From a virus (lineage: Duplodnaviria; Caudoviricetes), in the IMG/VR virus record IMGVR_UViG_3300005602_000004, positions 1 through 54,410 of that record: a stretch of DNA of 54,410 bases, one strand, 5' to 3'. Shown piece after piece: positions 27,870 through 36,880 of this stretch. How positions within the stretch are numbered: position 1 is the first letter of the stretch; each line of letters opens with the position of its first letter. A program made the position numbers and the translations under genes. A model generated the notes under the pieces. It saw only the letters and a list, made by a program, of their open reading frames with translations, made no database searches and was not told the origin of the DNA.

Positions 27870-28835
27870 ATTGGGTGGCTAGCTCGGGGACTCGGACAAT
27901 TCGGGAGTGATGTTGGCAGCGGCTATGATATCTCGCTCGGATGGAAGGAAAGAGCGCAGCAAATGGCCTTGGCGAACGCTCGGCAGAAGCTTGCCGACGT
28001 GATGGGACCACTCCAAATTGCCGAGATTCAGCAAAAGCTGAAGCAGATGAATCAGGTTCAGCCTGCTGGAATCGAGAAATTGCCGACCGGAGCCATTTCC
28101 GGCGTGACATTCGATCCAAATACCGGGACGTACAGCCTTCAGAATCTTTCTCCCGGCGCTCCACCAGAGCCAAAGTTTACGACACTGCAAGCGGCAGCGG
28201 CGTATTACCTGCAAAAGGGGGATTTCGAGAAACTGAAACTGGTAAACGACGAGATTGCAAAAACAAAGCCTCCGGCGAAGGAAGAAAAGCCGGACACGCA
28301 GATTTTCGGAGGCTACCGCTGGCAATATGACCCAGAAAATAAGGTTCAGGGTCCTCGGGACAAAACAGGTCAGTACGTTCGGCTTGGGATTGCGAAAGAA
28401 CCGAGCGGATCGACTCCTCCAGGCGATCTCGATGCAATCTCATATGATGTTGCAACCGGCAAGGCGAATATGCCTACTGGGAATCTCGGCGTTCTCGTTG
28501 CTAACAATATGAAGAAATTAGGCATTGAGCCGCCATTAAAGAAGCCGCCGAAGGATATTCCGCCCGATGTGCTAGCAATGCTCAAATCGCCAGTTCCAGT
28601 TACTCCTTCCCCGGAGGAAAGCCGCAGGCTTGCGGATGCAGCGGATCGTATTTTTGGTGGGACAGCCTACAAAGAGGATTTGATAAAACGTGGACAGCGA
28701 TCTCCCTGGATGGGCCTGCGCGATCCCTACCGTGCAATTGCATATCCAAATGAAGAATATGCACGAATCGTTGGCCTGTTAAATAATTCAATCACGGAAG
28801 ACCTGAGCGACGTTGGTGGTAGGCCGGTACAGTAA
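27870..28835 (+). CDS. putative ejection protein, probable ATT start
   Basis: frame is open 31 codons upstream of ATG 27963, up to AGGCGGTGA-ctt-ATT. Confidence 0.6.
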   Translation: MGWLARGLGQFGSDVGSGYDISLGWKERAQQMALANARQKLADVMGPLQIAEIQQKLKQMNQVQPAGIEKLPTGAISGVTFDPNTGTYSLQNLSPGAPPEPKFTTLQAAAAYYLQKGDFEKLKLVNDEIAKTKPPAKEEKPDTQIFGGYRWQYDPENKVQGPRDKTGQYVRLGIAKEPSGSTPPGDLDAISYDVATGKANMPTGNLGVLVANNMKKLGIEPPLKKPPKDIPPDVLAMLKSPVPVTPSPEESRRLADAADRIFGGTAYKEDLIKRGQRSPWMGLRDPYRAIAYPNEEYARIVGLLNNSITEDLSDVGGRPVQ

Positions 28836-28837
28836 AT

Positions 28838-30964
28838 ATGCCCGATCAAGACATGGTTCGAGTGCAATCGAGGGATGGGAAGCTGTGGGACATTCCGCGC
28901 TCACGTTTGTCCGAAGTTACATCGCAGGGTAGGGCTAAATTATATATACCATCATTGAATGCACCGGCAGCATCGAAGTTTCCAACTGGATCGATGCAGA
29001 CCCAACCCGGTGGTCCGATCTTGAATTATCGCGGATTGGCACCAGGAGCGATACAAAAATCTCCCGGTGGACCAATTATGAGCGGATTCCAACAAGAACA
29101 TCCGATCAGGGCAATCCCACCGACTATTTTGAAGTCATTTGGTATCGATCCATCGGATGTCGAAAACGCGCATAGCTATGCGGATGCTCTCAAATCGGGT
29201 TTCGGTGGTGCCGCTAGTGATGTAGGGGAAGGGATGCTCGAATCATTCAAGGCTGGACCACTCGCTCCCGCATATTTTGCTTTGCAGGGGATTGAGGGAA
29301 TATCGAAAAACATTCGATCCGGTAGCGAACAAGCCTATGAGTCATACAAAAATGGGGATCGATATGGGCTTGTGGAAGGATTGACACAAGTTGCAAGCGG
29401 AGTTGGACAAATCGCGGCAGCTAAGGCAGGAGAAGCTGGGGAGGGCGTGAAGAAAGTTCAAGCGAACGTCGGCAAGGGAATGGTAAATAATCCACTTGGG
29501 GATGTTCTGATTCGGAAACCAATTGCGGGAGCATTTGATGTTGGTAAGAATTTTGAAGAGCGGGCTATAAAGGAACATCAGGAAATTGTGGATACCATTA
29601 ATCGGGAATACGAGCAAAAGATACAACAGGAAGGGAAAAAAACAGTTGAAGGGGAAGCCGAATACCGTACCAAACTCGAACACGCACGGGATGATTTTTC
29701 GAAGAAGCTGGCGGAAATAGAGAAAAAGAAGAGTGATTTCCAAGACCCGGTAGAGAGAGCTAAGAACAGGAAGATCAATGATCCGGCGCGAGAAGAGGGC
29801 ACTTCCGTATCGGCTCGTCGAACTAATGCACAATTAAGGAAGAAATCTTTCACCACGCAGCCGCGTAGCGGTCCTGCATATCAGAGAATTGCAGGGATGG
29901 CGGATCAGGTTGCTACAGAGGACGTTCCTCGGCTCGACAGAGACGTTCGAACTGCACAAAATAATCGATGGACGGCCTTCCGGCAGGCGATTGGTGATCC
30001 TGGCAGAATGGTGGATTGGACTCCAGTTCAGCAAGCAGTTGTTGATGCGGAGACGAATATCCTTCAGGGATCGCCGGAGAATATCGCCATCTTCAGGAAT
30101 ATCCTCCGGGAAGGGGTCGATCCAACGCTAGAAAAAGCCACCGTTTTCAGGACAACAGGTGGAGCACTCGAAGATATATTGAAAAGCAAGAACTTAACGG
30201 AAGAAGGCCGCGCTAGGTTGATTAAACAACTCGGGGAAGAAGCTCAGTTCGAGGATCGAGGTGGAAGTGGTCCGGCTGCAAAGCAGAACGTTCAGATTCC
30301 ATTCGAGGATGCGCGGGGCTATTACACCGAACTGGGAGAAAAGATTGCCAAAGCTCGGTCTCTTCCGGGAGATGTTCGGAGGGCGCTTAAATTCGTGCAG
30401 GATGCCGCTGATACGAAATCAATTAAGCCATCCATCCCGAAAGGGCAGCTTTCGATTTACAACCAATTGAAGTCCGATTGGGCGCAGTATATGGGAGATT
30501 TTTACGATTCGGATGGTCCACTTGCAAAGTTAAAGAATTCCTTGAACTCTGATTCTCGTTTGAATCTCATTACCGGCAGTGAAGGTTCAAATATCATTGA
30601 TGCTCTCGGTCGATACGCTCGTCATAATCCGAATGTCGTCAATTTGACCGGACGGATTCGTTCGATGATGAAACAAGTCGAAATGCTCCCAACGGATGCG
30701 GGAGCGATCCCTGGAAGGCTTGAACCACCGAAGCTTCCAGAGCCTCCTGAGGTGACCCATCTATCCGAGCGCCCGAAAGGTCCAGAACCACTCGATGTAA
30801 CGAGAGAGAAGATTGAAAAACTGAACAAAAAAGCGGAGGAATGGTCCCAATTGAGGCCCTGGCAATTAAGGGCAAGGCAGATTCCTCTTGCCATAGCGGA
30901 AAGGGTCATAGCTAATCTTTTGTCCAGACCGGAAATTCAACGATGGATTGCCGGAGCGAAATAG
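28838..30964 (+). CDS. large putative ejection/internal virion protein
   Basis: 708 aa, helical and charged; last of the internal-protein series. Confidence 0.6.
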   Translation: MPDQDMVRVQSRDGKLWDIPRSRLSEVTSQGRAKLYIPSLNAPAASKFPTGSMQTQPGGPILNYRGLAPGAIQKSPGGPIMSGFQQEHPIRAIPPTILKSFGIDPSDVENAHSYADALKSGFGGAASDVGEGMLESFKAGPLAPAYFALQGIEGISKNIRSGSEQAYESYKNGDRYGLVEGLTQVASGVGQIAAAKAGEAGEGVKKVQANVGKGMVNNPLGDVLIRKPIAGAFDVGKNFEERAIKEHQEIVDTINREYEQKIQQEGKKTVEGEAEYRTKLEHARDDFSKKLAEIEKKKSDFQDPVERAKNRKINDPAREEGTSVSARRTNAQLRKKSFTTQPRSGPAYQRIAGMADQVATEDVPRLDRDVRTAQNNRWTAFRQAIGDPGRMVDWTPVQQAVVDAETNILQGSPENIAIFRNILREGVDPTLEKATVFRTTGGALEDILKSKNLTEEGRARLIKQLGEEAQFEDRGGSGPAAKQNVQIPFEDARGYYTELGEKIAKARSLPGDVRRALKFVQDAADTKSIKPSIPKGQLSIYNQLKSDWAQYMGDFYDSDGPLAKLKNSLNSDSRLNLITGSEGSNIIDALGRYARHNPNVVNLTGRIRSMMKQVEMLPTDAGAIPGRLEPPKLPEPPEVTHLSERPKGPEPLDVTREKIEKLNKKAEEWSQLRPWQLRARQIPLAIAERVIANLLSRPEIQRWIAGAK

Positions 30965-30965
30965 G

Positions 30966-31115
30966 ATGCCAATGGAGCATTTCCAGGACGAGGAGAGTTA
31001 TCGGAAATACCGCGCCTATACCCATATCCACGGAATACCGACCCATGCCCGAGAGGTTGTAGTCGGGGGCCGTAAGCATAAGGTGAAGCATCACCGGAAA
31101 TCACGGAGGTCGTAA
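30966..31115 (+). CDS. small protein with a basic tail (49 aa)
   Basis: MPMEHFQDEESYRKY...GRKHKVKHHRKSRRS; TAATG overlap with the next gene. Confidence 0.55.
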   Translation: MPMEHFQDEESYRKYRAYTHIHGIPTHAREVVVGGRKHKVKHHRKSRRS

Positions 31116-31327
31116 TGGCCCGAAAAAAGAAGGACAAAAAGTTCATCCAGAAGGCCGAAAAGCGCATGGAGGAGAAGGGTACAGTCGGAGCCTTTGGACC
31201 GGCCACGAAGTCGAATATCGCCGAAGGAAAGGCCGAGGGCGGCTTACAGGCCAAAAGAGCCAATTTTGCGGCGAACATGCGGAAGATCGCGGCGCGTCAT
31301 AAGGGCCGACATTCAAGGCGGCGCTAA
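31115..31327 (+). CDS. small basic protein
   Basis: KFIQKA...GAF...KRANFAANMRK...GRHSRRR; SD GGAGGT. Confidence 0.7.
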   Translation: MARKKKDKKFIQKAEKRMEEKGTVGAFGPATKSNIAEGKAEGGLQAKRANFAANMRKIAARHKGRHSRRR

Positions 31328-31429
31328 GTGTTCGATAACAAGAAGATTTCCGGCTCACAGAACGGTTCGTCGAGGGAAGTGAAGCGTCTAAAACGGCGGT
31401 CTAGGAGGAGGTATGCCGCCCGAAGATGA
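31328..31429 (+). CDS. small Arg-rich peptide (33 aa)
   Basis: GTG directly after the upstream stop; ...KRLKRRSRRRYAARR. Confidence 0.4.
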   Translation: MFDNKKISGSQNGSSREVKRLKRRSRRRYAARR

Positions 31430-31622
31430 CCCGCACCGGCTCTGCAAGGTTGAGCTAAAGGTAGCTGTGATCGAGTCCGAGGCCAAGGGTACAGCCCAAG
31501 CTCTCGTTCTTGCTAGAAGCCTAGCGGCGGCGGAAAGCCTAAAAATGGCTTTGATTATGTCGGCAGTCGTCGGATGGCTGATTGCGATTGGCGGTATTTT
31601 ATTCGGAGTGCTACGTAGATAG
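31413..31622 (+). CDS. small membrane protein with a C-terminal TM helix
   Basis: SD AGGAGG; hydrophobic C-terminus ending in RR. Confidence 0.65.
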   Translation: MPPEDDPHRLCKVELKVAVIESEAKGTAQALVLARSLAAAESLKMALIMSAVVGWLIAIGGILFGVLRR

Positions 31623-31633
31623 GGAGGAGGTAA

Positions 31634-34111
31634 ATGAAGAAAATACTACAGATAGCAGTTCTCGTTCTGTGTGTGTCAAGCGTTGCCAGAGGGCAGCAAA
31701 AACTGCCTTTGACCGCTTCGGCGACGACCTGTACAACCACAAATACCGCGTGCCTCATTTACGGCATCGATTCGACGAATGGGGGAGCGACATTCACCAT
31801 TGGATCGAACTCCGGGAACACGGTCCAGTTCGAGGCTTCTGGTGACGCAGGGGCAACTTGGGTTGCGCTCAGTGTCACACCATCCAATAGCACGACCACC
31901 GTAACCTCGACCACCGGCACCGGCACATGGCAGGCAAATGTGGCCGGTTATACAACCGTTCGGATGCGCTGCTCGACGTTTGTAAGCGGCAGCGCAGTCG
32001 TCTCGATCATCACCTCTCTCGCTTCTGCCCGCGCAGGCGGAGGTGGGGGAGGTGGTGGAACGGTAACGGCAGTCACAGGTACAGGTCCAATCGTTTCCTC
32101 CGGTGGTGCTACCCCGGCGATTTCTTGCCCCACCTGTAACACGAGTGGAGCCACGATTGCTGGCACGGTCACTACGTTTCATATCCCGTACGCGAGTGCT
32201 TCGAACACGCTGAGCGATACCATCGGCAGCGCGGTTACGGGAGCAACGGGAGCGATTGCATTGACTGCTGGTGCGGATACGACAACACAGCTTTCTCTCG
32301 CGGCTCACTCCGCTACCCAATCGGCATCGCAACTAGATATAAACGCAAGTAGCGCGGGGTCCGCTACCGGAGTGCCGTTTGCTGTTAGGGGGAAAGGGAC
32401 TGGATCGTGGACTCCTGCCGGGGGCACGATGCTCGTGGAGTTTCTAGAGGATAGTTCCGGTACAGAGCCGGTCGGATGGGCTGTAAGAAATTTGAACGCT
32501 GTTGGATCGAGTGGAGTTCTGTCTGGAATATCCGCATTTGTGGATGACAACGGAGTTTCTTCGATAACGGGCGGGAATGCGGTTGGTGACTCAAACGGAC
32601 TGTACGCCAATGTGACTTTTGCTGCTAACCCCAGTTTGTACGGGGCTGCAAGTGTTGCCGGGGGCCTTGGGATAACAATCGAGGCAAACGGGAGAAGTAA
32701 CCAAATCCCGTTAACGATCTGGTCTGCCACTCAATCTGTAGGCTCGTCCAATGGAGATATGTTGGATATCACTAGGGGTACAACACCGGGGTTCCCGCTT
32801 GCCGGTTTTGACACTTGCGGCACCGCTTCTACGGCAGCTACCTGTAAGCTCTTTTTCGCTGGGACGACAAGCGGCAAGGCCACGATAAGTGCGGCTGCGG
32901 TAGCCGGAACTCCTTGTACCTTCCTGCTTCCTACCGTATCGCCTACCGCTGGTATTTTTCTCAATACAGCAGCCCCTTCGAGCGGAGCGTGTCAGACAGT
33001 TTGGGATACGCTACTTGTCGATAGCGGCTCTACGCTCAGCTACTCCGGGGCGAATGGGATTTCTACTACTTCGGATGGCGTGCATGCAGGACAGATTTCC
33101 CTCGTAGGGAATACGACCAATCCAGCGGTGCCTGCGAACACGGCGGGTATCGTAGGGCCTGCACTCGCTTCGTTTACGGCGTATTCGCTTCAACTTCCGA
33201 GTACGGGACCTACGAACGCGCTGCCGCTGCTTAGTTGCGCTACGCCTGCCAGTTCCGTCTCAGCGTGTACGTTCGTAGCTAATTCGGGTCTCGCGCCTGC
33301 GTTCAATACGATTACAAGCGGGACGAATACCACGGCGGCGATGGTAGTAGGTACGGGCGCTTCGCTTAAGAGTACGCCGGAATTCGACATCGGTGCGGTA
33401 GGTACGAACGGAGTACTGGGATTGAATGGCACTACAAGCGGGACGGCAAAGTTCACCGCACCGGCTGTGGCTGGAACTTCCACGAATGGCGTTACGATGA
33501 CGAACGTACTACTCGGACCTTTGGGTGCTGTAGGCACACCGACTTACTCAAGCTCGACAAACGCTGGCGATGGTATGTGGTTTAGAAGTTCGGGGACTGT
33601 AGATATCTCTACAAATGGATCGGCTCAAGAAGATTTTGCAGGAGGAGGGACAATAAAAGCATCCAGTACTGGCGTTTGGGCTTTTGCTAGCGGCGACCCT
33701 TCGATAACTGGTCCAGATACGGGAATCTCGCGTATTTCCGCAGGCGTGGTAGGCGTTGGGAATGGAACGGCGGCAAACGTAACTGGAACTATCGAGCCGG
33801 GTAAATACGCTACGGGTACGAACTGCTCGTCTAGCGCCGCGCCAGCCGTTTGCGGTTCGGCGGCGGCGGGTAGCGTAGTGGTAGCGGCTGCGGGAACTAC
33901 GGTGACTGTAAATACTACCGCCGTCACCGCCAACAGCCAAATCTTCGTGATGTACGATTCCTCGCTCGGGACGAAGTTGAGCGTCACCTGCAATGCGACG
34001 GAACCTGCTCTTTACGGCGTTACGGCTAGAACGGGAGGGACTAGCTTTACGATCACGGCAACTTCTCCGGTTACGAATCCGGCGTGCTTTAGTTTTTTTA
34101 TAGTCAACTGA
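31634..34111 (+). CDS. tail-fibre-like T/S/G/A-rich protein with Sec signal peptide
   Basis: MKKILQIAVLVLCVSSVARG/Q; GGGGGGGTVTAV, DTGISR..AGV..VGNG and VTVNTTAVTANSQIF fibre motifs. Confidence 0.75.
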   Translation: MKKILQIAVLVLCVSSVARGQQKLPLTASATTCTTTNTACLIYGIDSTNGGATFTIGSNSGNTVQFEASGDAGATWVALSVTPSNSTTTVTSTTGTGTWQANVAGYTTVRMRCSTFVSGSAVVSIITSLASARAGGGGGGGGTVTAVTGTGPIVSSGGATPAISCPTCNTSGATIAGTVTTFHIPYASASNTLSDTIGSAVTGATGAIALTAGADTTTQLSLAAHSATQSASQLDINASSAGSATGVPFAVRGKGTGSWTPAGGTMLVEFLEDSSGTEPVGWAVRNLNAVGSSGVLSGISAFVDDNGVSSITGGNAVGDSNGLYANVTFAANPSLYGAASVAGGLGITIEANGRSNQIPLTIWSATQSVGSSNGDMLDITRGTTPGFPLAGFDTCGTASTAATCKLFFAGTTSGKATISAAAVAGTPCTFLLPTVSPTAGIFLNTAAPSSGACQTVWDTLLVDSGSTLSYSGANGISTTSDGVHAGQISLVGNTTNPAVPANTAGIVGPALASFTAYSLQLPSTGPTNALPLLSCATPASSVSACTFVANSGLAPAFNTITSGTNTTAAMVVGTGASLKSTPEFDIGAVGTNGVLGLNGTTSGTAKFTAPAVAGTSTNGVTMTNVLLGPLGAVGTPTYSSSTNAGDGMWFRSSGTVDISTNGSAQEDFAGGGTIKASSTGVWAFASGDPSITGPDTGISRISAGVVGVGNGTAANVTGTIEPGKYATGTNCSSSAAPAVCGSAAAGSVVVAAAGTTVTVNTTAVTANSQIFVMYDSSLGTKLSVTCNATEPALYGVTARTGGTSFTITATSPVTNPACFSFFIVN

Positions 34112-34124
34112 TAATAAACGACTT

Positions 34125-34799
34125 ATGATAATTTACGCAATTCGTCACAGAGATAGCGGGAAACTTTATATAGGCCAGACTGGGCGTACTTTGCGGCAAC
34201 GATGGATAGGCCATCAATCTTCGGCGCGGAATGGATCGAAATTGCATTTCCATTGCGCCATTCGAAGATACGGAGCAGGCGCGTTCCACGCCTACGAGTT
34301 AGCAGAAGTTACGCCGGAAAATTGTGACGATGCTGAAAAGTTTTATATCGCTCTGTTTGGTTCGGTGATGCCGGAAGAAGGATACAACATAGCCTTTGGA
34401 GGGAATCGCGGTGAATTAAACGAAGCGAGCCGGAAGAAAATCAGCGATAGGATGAAGGGCAACAAGCACGCAGTCGGAGCGGTGCGATCTCCAGAAACTA
34501 GAGCGCTGATGGGCGCAGCTAAAAGGGGTTGTTCTGGATACAACAAAGGAAAAATTTTATCGGAAGAGACCCGTAAGCGTATGAGCGAATCGGCTAGTAG
34601 AAGAACTGATTTATTCGATCAGGGTCGGCGCTTAGGATTGTTCAATCGCGGTAGAAAACATACCCCGGAAGCTCGCGCTAAAATGGGAAAGCATTGTATC
34701 GGGAAAACCCACTCTCCAGAGACTATTCAAAAAATGTCAGAATCCAGGAAGGCTTATCACGCTAGAAAGAAAGTGGAATGTTTAGCTATTTCATCGTGA
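34125..34799 (+). CDS. GIY-YIG homing endonuclease with NUMOD3 repeats
   Basis: IIYAI...KLYIGQT...R...H, E, GYN; repeated HSPET..KMS units. Confidence 0.92.
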   Translation: MIIYAIRHRDSGKLYIGQTGRTLRQRWIGHQSSARNGSKLHFHCAIRRYGAGAFHAYELAEVTPENCDDAEKFYIALFGSVMPEEGYNIAFGGNRGELNEASRKKISDRMKGNKHAVGAVRSPETRALMGAAKRGCSGYNKGKILSEETRKRMSESASRRTDLFDQGRRLGLFNRGRKHTPEARAKMGKHCIGKTHSPETIQKMSESRKAYHARKKVECLAISS

Positions 34800-34804
34800 A
34801 TTGA
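34781..34804 (+). pseudogene. displaced copy of the fibre gene 3' end (FSYFIVN*)
   Basis: matches the in-use terminus FSFFIVN* at 34088-34111. Confidence 0.7.
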
Positions 34805-34813
34805 GAATCGAAC

Positions 34814-35446
34814 ATGAGAAAACTACTCGGCATTCTCGCGCTTCTCTTCGCACTGCAAACGTCCGCATTGGCGCAAAACGTCGCGTATCCGGGAGTCACC
34901 GGGGCAGGTTCGCCGGTTGGCGTAATCACTTGCGCCGCTGCGTCCAACTCCGGGCAAATCTACACCGATAATTCCACGGGACTCGTGTGGACGTGCGTTC
35001 CTCCCAATTGGCAACTGCCCGCGAAGCTGATGCTCACTTCGGCGTATACCGTCTCTTCGAATGTCTTTACGAACATGACGGGGCTTTCCATCCCCGTGGC
35101 GGCGAACACGAATTACGCGCTGATCTGTAATCTGGTGTACCAGGTTTCCAGCACGTCCACGATCCCGCAGATTCGCTTCACGGGTCCGGCATCGGTCACG
35201 GCGGTCAGCTATTCCTCGCTGTGGCAACAGACGGCCAGCGCCGCGCCGGTCTTTACCATTGGACCAGCGGCGGCTTTCAGTACTACACAGGGCGCGGCAC
35301 CCACCGCTGCGACGACGAATTTTACGCTGCTTCTGCATCTCGGTCTTATCAACGGCGCGAACGTGGGTACGATACAACTCCAAGGGGCTGCGTCTGTATC
35401 GGGATCGTTTACGGTACAGCCGACAAGCTGGTGTGCGGTGCAATGA
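34814..35446 (+). CDS. secreted-type fibre/adhesin-like protein
   Basis: signal peptide MRKLLGILALLFALQTSALA/Q; C-terminal TGLSIPVAANTNY...GTIQLQ beta domain. Confidence 0.7.
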   Translation: MRKLLGILALLFALQTSALAQNVAYPGVTGAGSPVGVITCAAASNSGQIYTDNSTGLVWTCVPPNWQLPAKLMLTSAYTVSSNVFTNMTGLSIPVAANTNYALICNLVYQVSSTSTIPQIRFTGPASVTAVSYSSLWQQTASAAPVFTIGPAAAFSTTQGAAPTAATTNFTLLLHLGLINGANVGTIQLQGAASVSGSFTVQPTSWCAVQ

Positions 35447-36867
35447 GGGTCAATCCATTTCGAAGTGCTGTTCTATTCGTATCATTCCTACTTATCGCGC
35501 TGCCGTCTTCAGCAACGGCTTATTTTCTAGCGACGGCTGCCGGTGGAGGGAACGACGCGAATAACGGACTCTCTGCTGGAGCGCCTTGGCTTACGCCAAA
35601 CCACGCTGTCAACTGCGGGGATGTAATCACGGCAGCTTCGGATACTACCTACGTCTTCACAAACTTCGCCCATAACTGGGGAACGGTAACGTGCGCGGGC
35701 GGAAACGATGTCGCATGGCTAAAATGCGCGGTGTTCGATACTTGCAAGATAAGCGTAAACGGGGGAAGTCTCGATAACGGTATGCTGATTCAAACGAGCT
35801 ACTGGGGCGTGCAGGGATGGGAAATTACCACCACGACGGCTTCTAGTGCCTGTTTTATTGTGTACCCGTACAATAACACCCCGGTTCATCATGTGATCGT
35901 CGCAAACAGCATTTGCAATGTAGCCGGACAAAGCGGATTTACGATTGCTCCGCGCCCGCCGAACGTGGAGGATTACGTCTTTTTCATCGGAGACATCGCT
36001 TACAACACCACCGGGGGCAGCACGAACTGCACCAGTGGATTCAACATGGGTAGCCAGAACCCTCTCGATACGCTAGCCGGTACGCACATCTACGTCGGCG
36101 GTAGCTTTGCCTGGAACAATGTTGACGGGAACCCGTGTAATGGGACTACGCCAACAGACGGTCAAGGATTTATGGTGGATACGGAAGTAGCGAATACCGC
36201 GCAGATCGTCTACGACAACAATATCTCCGTATTCAACGGCGGGCGCGGAGTAGAAGTGTTCAGCAGCCCGCAGGCGCACATCTATTTCCGGCATAATACG
36301 ACTTACGGGAATAATACGGACGTGAACCAGCCGAACCACGGCCCTTGTGGTGAGATCGAAGTTAACACAGTCTCCGACACCGAAGTGTTTTTAAATCTCG
36401 CGCAACAGTTCTTTAACGTGGGATGCGGTGGAGCAACGAACTACGCATATTTCGTCACTTCGGGCGACACGACGGATCACGTCTACCTAAACTTTGGCTA
36501 CAGTGCAGCCGGAAATAACACAGGCTTGGCAAATAACGGCGGGGGTTTTGCGTTCGGGCCGAATAACGTACTGGGGACGAATCCTAGTTTCGCTAACCCG
36601 GTCGATCCTTCCGCGCCCTCCTGTGGAGCCTTCGCCAGTGTTCCGGCTTGTATGGCGACGGTAATCGCCAACTTCACGCCGACGAACGCGGCAGCAGCGG
36701 GGTACGGCTATCAGCAGGTGAGTACTACGTCCAGATACGATCCGTTGTATCCGCAATTCCTTTGTACGGTAACGAATCTTCCTACTGGCCTTGTAACGCC
36801 TGGATGCCTTGTAGCAGATAGCGCAGGAACAGGCATAACTCTAAATTCTGGTACTACATTGCATTAA
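35443..36867 (+). CDS. right-handed beta-helix (pectate-lyase-like) protein with signal peptide
   Basis: GNDANNGLS..APWLT, DGQGF..D, NNISVFNGGRG and HNTTYGN repeats; N-terminal hydrophobic leader. Confidence 0.8.
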   Translation: MRVNPFRSAVLFVSFLLIALPSSATAYFLATAAGGGNDANNGLSAGAPWLTPNHAVNCGDVITAASDTTYVFTNFAHNWGTVTCAGGNDVAWLKCAVFDTCKISVNGGSLDNGMLIQTSYWGVQGWEITTTTASSACFIVYPYNNTPVHHVIVANSICNVAGQSGFTIAPRPPNVEDYVFFIGDIAYNTTGGSTNCTSGFNMGSQNPLDTLAGTHIYVGGSFAWNNVDGNPCNGTTPTDGQGFMVDTEVANTAQIVYDNNISVFNGGRGVEVFSSPQAHIYFRHNTTYGNNTDVNQPNHGPCGEIEVNTVSDTEVFLNLAQQFFNVGCGGATNYAYFVTSGDTTDHVYLNFGYSAAGNNTGLANNGGGFAFGPNNVLGTNPSFANPVDPSAPSCGAFASVPACMATVIANFTPTNAAAAGYGYQQVSTTSRYDPLYPQFLCTVTNLPTGLVTPGCLVADSAGTGITLNSGTTLH

Positions 36868-36880
36868 GGTGGAGGAAAAC

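Noticed and set aside
31634-36867. Diversity-generating retroelement acting on the fibre genes
   Set aside because: No reverse transcriptase and no template/variable repeat pair with adenine-specific differences.
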